From Eledone cirrhosa (lineage: Eukaryota), in contig OZ024743.1 in the NCBI GenBank assembly GCA_964016885.1, positions 320,788,001-320,852,000 of the forward strand: DNA of 64,000 nucleotides, in the 5' to 3' direction. Each line of letters begins with the position of its first letter. Position 1 is the stretch's first letter. Below are positions 57,082 through 64,000 of this stretch, piece by piece. The notes under the pieces are model-generated. The model was not told where the DNA came from and searched no databases. It worked only from the letters and a program-made list of their open reading frames with translations. The translations under genes were made by a program, and so were the position numbers.

Positions 57082-57546
57082 CATATGCCTAAATTAAGGG
57101 TTGCCTCCTTTGCCGAGCCCCACGTGGGGTCGGTAAAGGTTATTCCTTAAATTAGCACTCGAACTAAAACCTGTTGAAAAAGTGGCTTCCTTGTTCAATC
57201 ATCTTACCAGAAGCCTAACATTATTTGTGTAAGCGGACAGTACTTGATTTAGGAGTCGCAGAAACCCAAATGCTGGATTTTACCAACCATCCAGGGGTCC
57301 GGGTAAATTTTCAATCGCATATATTTTTATTTGTTTGACCCGAATTACTTGGTCGTTTTTATGGCTCTGCGGATGATTGTTTAACCATCGTCTCAGTGTG
57401 TTTGGCCTTTAACGTATATTGTAGCTCTGGTTCATCTGAATCATTGAGCGCTTGCCACACATCTGGGAAGTTGTTTTTCTTTAATTCCTAAGCCGAAATA
57501 CGATTCTCGCTAATTTATATTTGTATATATATATATATATATATAC

Positions 57547-58584
57547 AATGATATTAAATAAATAGAAACTATATTTATAAACCATATTTGTTCTATTATA
57601 TATATTTCAAGAGTATCAAAATTTTAGTACGCTTTCATCAGATAAAATACGAAGTGCGTTTTATAAATTTTGACATAACCAAGAAAAATACCTTAACGGT
57701 TCAAGTTTTCCTTGGATTGTGAAGGGATAAGAGAAGAAAAGTAAGATATTTCAAATTTTTCAGATGAGTATGCAAATGAGGTTGAGGTAAAGGGCTGAAA
57801 AAAGGTTATTTTAGACGCTATGGAGAATTTAAATAATTATGATATGTGTATGTATGCGTAGGAAAGAAGAAAAGGACGAAGAGCTTGTATTTACGTTAAT
57901 TTGAGGGAAAAGCTGGAATATGATTCCAGAGTTTAAATTTAAATTTATTTACCTATATTATGAGTTATAATATTGTATATATAATCAATTAGATTATATG
58001 AAGAATTATGGTTGTAAGTATTTTTACCTTAGTACATTACAATAGGTTATATGTATATAAATGTCTATATAGATTAATAGTTATTTGTTGTTTATATTTC
58101 TAATATGAGTTACGAAGGATTTGAATTTGTATTTTACATAAAAAAAAATAGGTGGTTCAAGTTGTGACAGGAGAACAATTTGTATATTCGAATATTTTGT
58201 TCAACATTGAAAATGTTTTCAGAATATTCTTAATTTAGCGAAGTTGTATAGATTATTGTACATAATTTGTTTAGGTTTGTACGATTGAGAAAGGAAAGAT
58301 AATTTCAATTTTGATTGTTAACCGTTAAATTTGGTGACTGATTTACTCAGAAAATATATAGAGAAAATTATTTATTATTATGTGTGAGATTAATTATTTT
58401 AGTCGAAAGATGTGTGAAAGTTTGAATATCAAAATGAGAGGAAAAATGTAATGTGCATTTCGAAGAACTATCGTAAAGAGTATAAATTTTCAGAATGACA
58501 ATTAAATATTATCACTCTACATCTAAAAAAATATATATTTAGAGGGGTGTCATTAGGAATAATAATGTCAGAATTTAAAATATT

Positions 58585-58655
<71 letters not shown>

Positions 58656-59772
58656 AATTAATGTCAAAAGGTAAAATTATTAGAAATATAAAAAAATTAG
58701 AAATATTAAAAATATTAAAAATATTAAAAATATAATAACATTTTTAAAATTCACATTTAAAGATAGGATCATTTTGAAAGTGTATAGGAATATTATAAAC
58801 TAAAAATAGTTCTGAACGTGGAATTTTGGCGATGTCTGCAAGAAGAAAATAATTCTATTCTAAGATTAAGAGAGCTTTGACAGTTAATTATATAAAAAAA
58901 TTTCTTCGATACACAAGTTACAGAATCTTGAGAAAGTCATATTTCGGTATGCTTTCGAAATCGTTCTCCAAGATATTGAATAGTCTATATTTTTGTCTTT
59001 TAAGTTCCAAATTAGATGTGAAAGTGAAGTAGAAGATTTTTTTATCGGATCTCTTAAATGTGTGTTTATGGTTATTCCAGCGTTCTTTGAATTTTGTTGA
59101 AGTGGCACCAATATAGTTAAATATTTTGTCTCTAGTTTTAACTGTGCATTTATAAACTACGTTTTTATCTAAACAATTATTTTGTAAAGGGCAGTTTGAT
59201 TTGATTCTACAGTTACATAATTCTTCATATAATCTAATTGATTATATATACAATATTATAACTCGTAATATAGGTAAATAAATTTAAATTTAAACTCTGG
59301 AATCATATTCCACCTTTGCCCCCAAATTAATGTAAATACAAGCACTTCTTCCTTTATCTTCTTTCCTACGTATACATACACATATCCTAATTATTTAAAT
59401 TCTCATAGCGTCTAAAATAACGTTTGTTCAGCCCTTTACCTCAACCTCATTTGCATACTCATCTTAATAATTTAAAATATCTGACTTTTCTTCTCTTATC
59501 CCTTCACTATCCAAGGAAAACTTGAACCGTTAAGGCATTTTTCTTGGTTATGTCAAAATTCATTAAACACACTTCGTATTTTATCTGATGAAAGCGTACC
59601 AATGTTTTGGTACCCTTGAAATATATATAATAGTATAAATATGGTTTTATAAATATAGTTTCAAATTATTTAATATCATTGAATTTTATACTCCAGAAAA
59701 CTTGTCGAGTGCTCTGAATCAGTTATAAACATTTATATTTGTTGAATTACCAACAATTGAATATCCATTTTG

Positions 59773-59776
<4 letters not shown>
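57547..59776. mobile_element. Naiad-type PLE remnant with ~460-bp inverted termini (57547-58010 / 59216-59681)
   Basis: Minus GIY-YIG 58800-59215 (CNCRIKSNCPLQNNCLDKNVVYKC...FCNLCIEE). HHRs at 57589-57649 (-) and 59577-59637 (+). Confidence 0.85.
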
Positions 59777-59837
<61 letters not shown>

Positions 59838-59849
59838 ATATATATATGT

Positions 59850-60893
59850 ATAACCCCTCGCACCTCCACCATCTACTTCCTCCCCAAGATCCACAAACCC
59901 GACAACCGAGGCCGCCCCATCGTCTCCGCTTGCAACTGCCCCACAGAAATCATCTCCGCCTTTCTTGACTCCATCCTCGCTCCCCTCGTCACCACCCTCC
60001 CCTCCCACATCTTCGACACCAACCACGCCCTTCGCCTGTTCGACTCCCTCACTTTTCCACCCGGCCCACACCCTCTCCTCTGCGCCCTAGATATTAAGTC
60101 ACTCTACACCGTCATCCTCCACGCCGATGGCCTACGCGCCCTCCGGCTTTACTTCGACCTTCGGCCCTCCCCCATCCCCTCTATCCCCGCCCTCCTTCAC
60201 CTCGCCAAGCTGGACCTCACCTTTAACTGCTTCTCCTTCTCAGGTGAGTTTTACCAACAGGTCAACTGGGGTAGCCATGGGCCACGGACTCCACACGCCC
60301 CGTCTCCTCCACCCCCTCTGAGGCCTCTCCATCCACACGCACACACACACCGACCTACACCCCACCACATGTACACACCGGTTTCCCTATTACCCGAACA
60401 TGGAACCTCGTTCTTCCCCCAACTCTCAAATTCACATACACACACACAAACACGTAAACCTACACACATACACACACACCACCTTCAGCCCTCCCCTCTA
60501 GGACCCCACATCTCCCTCTCCCCTTCCACTCCTCCACCCACCACCACCCCTACACGCCTCACACCCTTTCAGCACTTGTTTCTTTTTCTTTTTGTTTTTT
60601 TTGCCCTCTAAAAAATATTTTTCTTCCCTTTTCTCTCCCTCCCCCTTTTTTAATGTCTTTCCACCACTCCCCCCACCCCCAGTTTGAACTTGTTTATAGA
60701 ATTCGTTCTGCCTTTGTTACTCTAAATATAGTTTTTAAAGAAGTCCCTTTTCTTGAAACCTATCAACAAATGACCTTCACCACCATTTCCTACCACCAGA
60801 AAAGATATAAATACCACGATATTACTTGGAGAGTCAGCTTCCTGATGATTTCTCACGAAGGAAACAGTTCTAGTCCTGTAGAAGCTTTTCTAT

Positions 60894-60900
<7 letters not shown>
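59850..60900 (+). mobile_element. Penelope-like element (Neptune/Poseidon-like) RT fragment + 3' end
   Basis: YFLPKIHKP..GRPIVS...PTE.IS.FLD, DT, LDIKSLYT.I, NCFSF.G.FYQQ..GVAMG. Confidence 0.82.
60836..60886 (+). ncRNA. Type I hammerhead ribozyme
   Basis: AGCTTC-CTGATGA-TTTC tcac GAAG-GAAA-CAG..CTG-TA-GAAGCT. Confidence 0.78.
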
Positions 60901-60926
<26 letters not shown>

Positions 60927-60927
60927 T

Positions 60928-61110
60928 ATCCAGGAAGTTCCATCCGTTAAGGTTGTCTTTTTTCAGGGTATGTCAATATTTATTTATAAAACAAATCTGT
61001 ATTGTATTTTATCTGATGAAAGCGCACCATAATTTTCCTTGGTGGCCCTTGAAATATGTATAATAAAATAAATATGGTTTTATAAATATAGTTTCCAATT
61101 GTTAATATAT
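60928..61110 (+). mobile_element. Solo Naiad-type terminal module with HHR at 61005-61070
   Basis: TATTTTAT-CTGATGA-AAGCGCACCA..TGGTGGCCCTT-GAAA-TATGTA-TA-ATAAAATA; (TA)n on both sides. Confidence 0.8.
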
Positions 61111-61111
61111 A

Positions 61112-62014
<903 letters not shown>

Positions 62015-62079
62015 CCTCTCCTCCACATATACATCGGAGGCAATATTAAAAGTTTGCCACCAAGATATCTTTAAGTTCA

Positions 62080-62195
62080 CAGAGTTCAAATTCCGCTGAG
62101 GTCAACTTTGCCTTTCATCCTTACGGGGTCGATAAAATAAAGTACCAGTAATGTACCGGTTAATTGCTGGCCTTGTGCCAAAAGTAGAAACAATT
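62080..62195 (+). mobile_element. SINE, 5'-truncated
   Basis: GAGTTCAAATTCCGCTGAGGTCAACTTTGCC...GTAGAAACAAT. Confidence 0.8.
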
Positions 62196-62330
62196 TTTTA
62201 TATTTCTACTTGCAGCAACTTTCGATGAAATGCCTACAATGAAGAATATAACTCAATGATTTTTCCTTTGGACTAAAAGCTTTCGCTGATTATGATTTGA
62301 AATGTTTCTTTCCTTATTCTCATATAAATA

Positions 62331-62710
62331 CAGTGCATCTTCGCTTATCCGGATATCGATTTTCAGAAATTCGATTTACCGGACGGCTATTTCTATACTA
62401 CTATTTATTCATTTTTAAAAAAGTACTAACTTTTTATGGTTTAACTCAACTCAGTTTTATCAAGTTTTTAGTTATTCTTATGTTTGTTTAATTAATTTTC
62501 CTATAAATTCTAGCTGTTCTTTTGTTATTCTAATCAACTTTCTTTACTTAGCATTTGTCTTTTATTTTGACTAAAAGAAGCCAAAACATTAGAAACCACG
62601 TGCATTATGTAACAATGGGATTTTAGAATTCACTTATCCGGATATTTCACTTAACCGGATCTTTTTCGAACTGTTTGGTTTTGACCGTCCGGATAAGCGA
62701 AGATTCATTG
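62331..62710. mobile_element. Tc1/mariner (pogo/Tigger-like) MITE
   Basis: TIR CAGTGCATCTTCGCTTATCCGGA / TCCGGATAAGCGAAGATTCATTG, TA on both sides, internal CTTATCCGGATAT repeat. Confidence 0.8.
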
Positions 62711-62865
62711 TATATATATATTTATTAAAAATAGAAGTACCTGCACATATAAATACACACATACGCACAAACACCCACTTACCCACATCTACACCCATAC
62801 CCACATATAGCTATATGTGTGTGTCGGAGTGTGTATAACATTATTATTATGTATATTGCCTATAG

Positions 62866-63085
62866 GGCGATGGATTGGCAGTATTGGTAGAACCTGGGAC
62901 ACCATGCTTCGCAGCATAGAGTTACGGCACTTTACGTTCTGAGTTCAAATCCCGCCGAGCTTAACTTTGCCTTTCATCTTTACGGGCTAAATAAATAAAG
63001 CACTAGTAATGCACTGGGGTCGATTTAATCGACTTTCCCCTCCCCTTTAAATTGCTGGCCTTGTGCCTAAAGTAGAAACAATTAT
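62866..63085 (+). mobile_element. Octopus-type tRNA-derived SINE, full length
   Basis: GGCGATGGATTGGCAG...GAGTTCAAATCCCGCCGAG...CTGGGGTCGATTTAATCGAC...GTAGAAACAATT. Confidence 0.85.
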
Positions 63086-63139
63086 GTATAAATTGCCTAT
63101 AAATAAAATATCTCAGCATTGAAATTTGTTTTTGTCGTT

Positions 63140-63530
63140 TTATTCTTATTGTTGTTTTGTTTAAATCCAAAGTATCCTTGATATAGGTGAGCTGATCATA
63201 GTCCATTCCAGTATTAATCAATGCATTCTTTACAAGCCGAGTGTGTATGATGTGGCTGCTATTTCCAGCGGGTCCTCTCAGGAGCAAACTTCTTCAACTT
63301 ATCCGTCTGAATCCCAAAATGAGACCAGCCAAGCTCATGGATGTTCTGCAACCATCTTGCTTGGTGGTCTACCTCTGGGACTCCTTGTGGGTCTAAATTT
63401 CGGTTTTGCCAGTAAAATCTGTTCAGCGATTCTTTCCTGAGACATTCTAACCACATACCTGTAGTAACATAGTTGTGATTTGTCTTCGGAGAAGTAGCGT
63501 CTCTACCTGAAGTGACTCTCTGATTTCTGA
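63140..63530 (-). mobile_element. RTE-clade LINE 3' end
   Basis: EIRESLQVETLLLR...YVVRMSQERIAEQILLAKP..RGRPP. Confidence 0.65.
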
Positions 63531-63539
63531 AAACTGCTG

Positions 63540-63916
63540 GAACGGATTCGGCAATGAGCCAGTTTCAGCATTCAGCAATCAGAAGCAGGGAGGTAGGTGT
63601 AAAAGCCAAACTCGCTATCTTCAATTCGCTATTCGCGAAAAACCTTACCTATTGTCATGAATCTTAGGTAATGACCGAAAGAATACGATCACGAATAAAA
63701 GCGACCGTAATGGGGGTTCCTCCGAAGGGTCCTAGGAGTAATGTTACTTGATTGTGCGTAGCTCGAAAATTAGTGAGCCACTCCAATCAGAGTCGCTAAT
63801 TCTCCGAATTGAGAGATCACTGCACCGATACTATGGACATGTAGTTGGAATGTCTAAGGAAAGAATCGCTGGACACATTCACCGGGCAAAACCAGCCGGT
63901 AGGAGACCCAGTGGCA
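63540..63916 (+). mobile_element. RTE-clade LINE C-terminal fragment
   Basis: LTYCHES*VMTERIRSRI...GFLRRV...RYYGHVVGMSKERI...AKPAGRRPSGR. Confidence 0.65.
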
Positions 63917-63999
63917 GAAGAAGAAGAAGAAGAAGAAGAAGAAGAAGAAGAAGAAGAAGAAGAAGAAGAAGAAGAAGAAGAAGAAGAAGAAGAAGAAGA
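63917..63999. repeat. (GAA)n microsatellite
   Basis: Direct reading. Confidence 0.95.
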
Positions 64000-64000
64000 T

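Noticed and set aside
63243-63440. Plus-strand ORF with a hydrophobic C-terminus as a membrane-protein exon
   Set aside because: It is antisense to a recognisable RTE LINE 3' end.

Overview
Eukaryotic, AT-rich, repeat-saturated window, most likely an octopod cephalopod (inferred from several copies of the tRNA-derived octopus-type SINE and the abundant (TA)n/(CA)n/(ATT)n tracts). Almost everything is retroelement debris. 1-16 kb is a nested stack of Dong/R4 (RLE) LINEs and Tx1-type L1 LINEs separated by (ATT)n tracts. 16-62 kb is a field of Penelope-like elements (PLEs; Naiad-type and Neptune-like) inserted in (TA)n/(TG)n, plus a decayed Helitron, RTE LINE fragments, SINEs and a pogo/Tigger-like MITE. 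The only host-gene candidate is a pair of symmetric phase-1 exons encoding a PAN/apple-like module near 51 kb. The main signal not shown by the ORF track is about 25 type I hammerhead ribozyme (HHR) motifs, found by eye, in several unrelated families. They include short non-coding tandem units of 320-430 bp (retrozyme-like), recurrent fold-back hairpins of HHR-bearing termini, and repeated non-canonical cores (U3-A8 covariation, U4A). All calls are from manual reading; no searches or folding programs were run, and boundaries are approximate.
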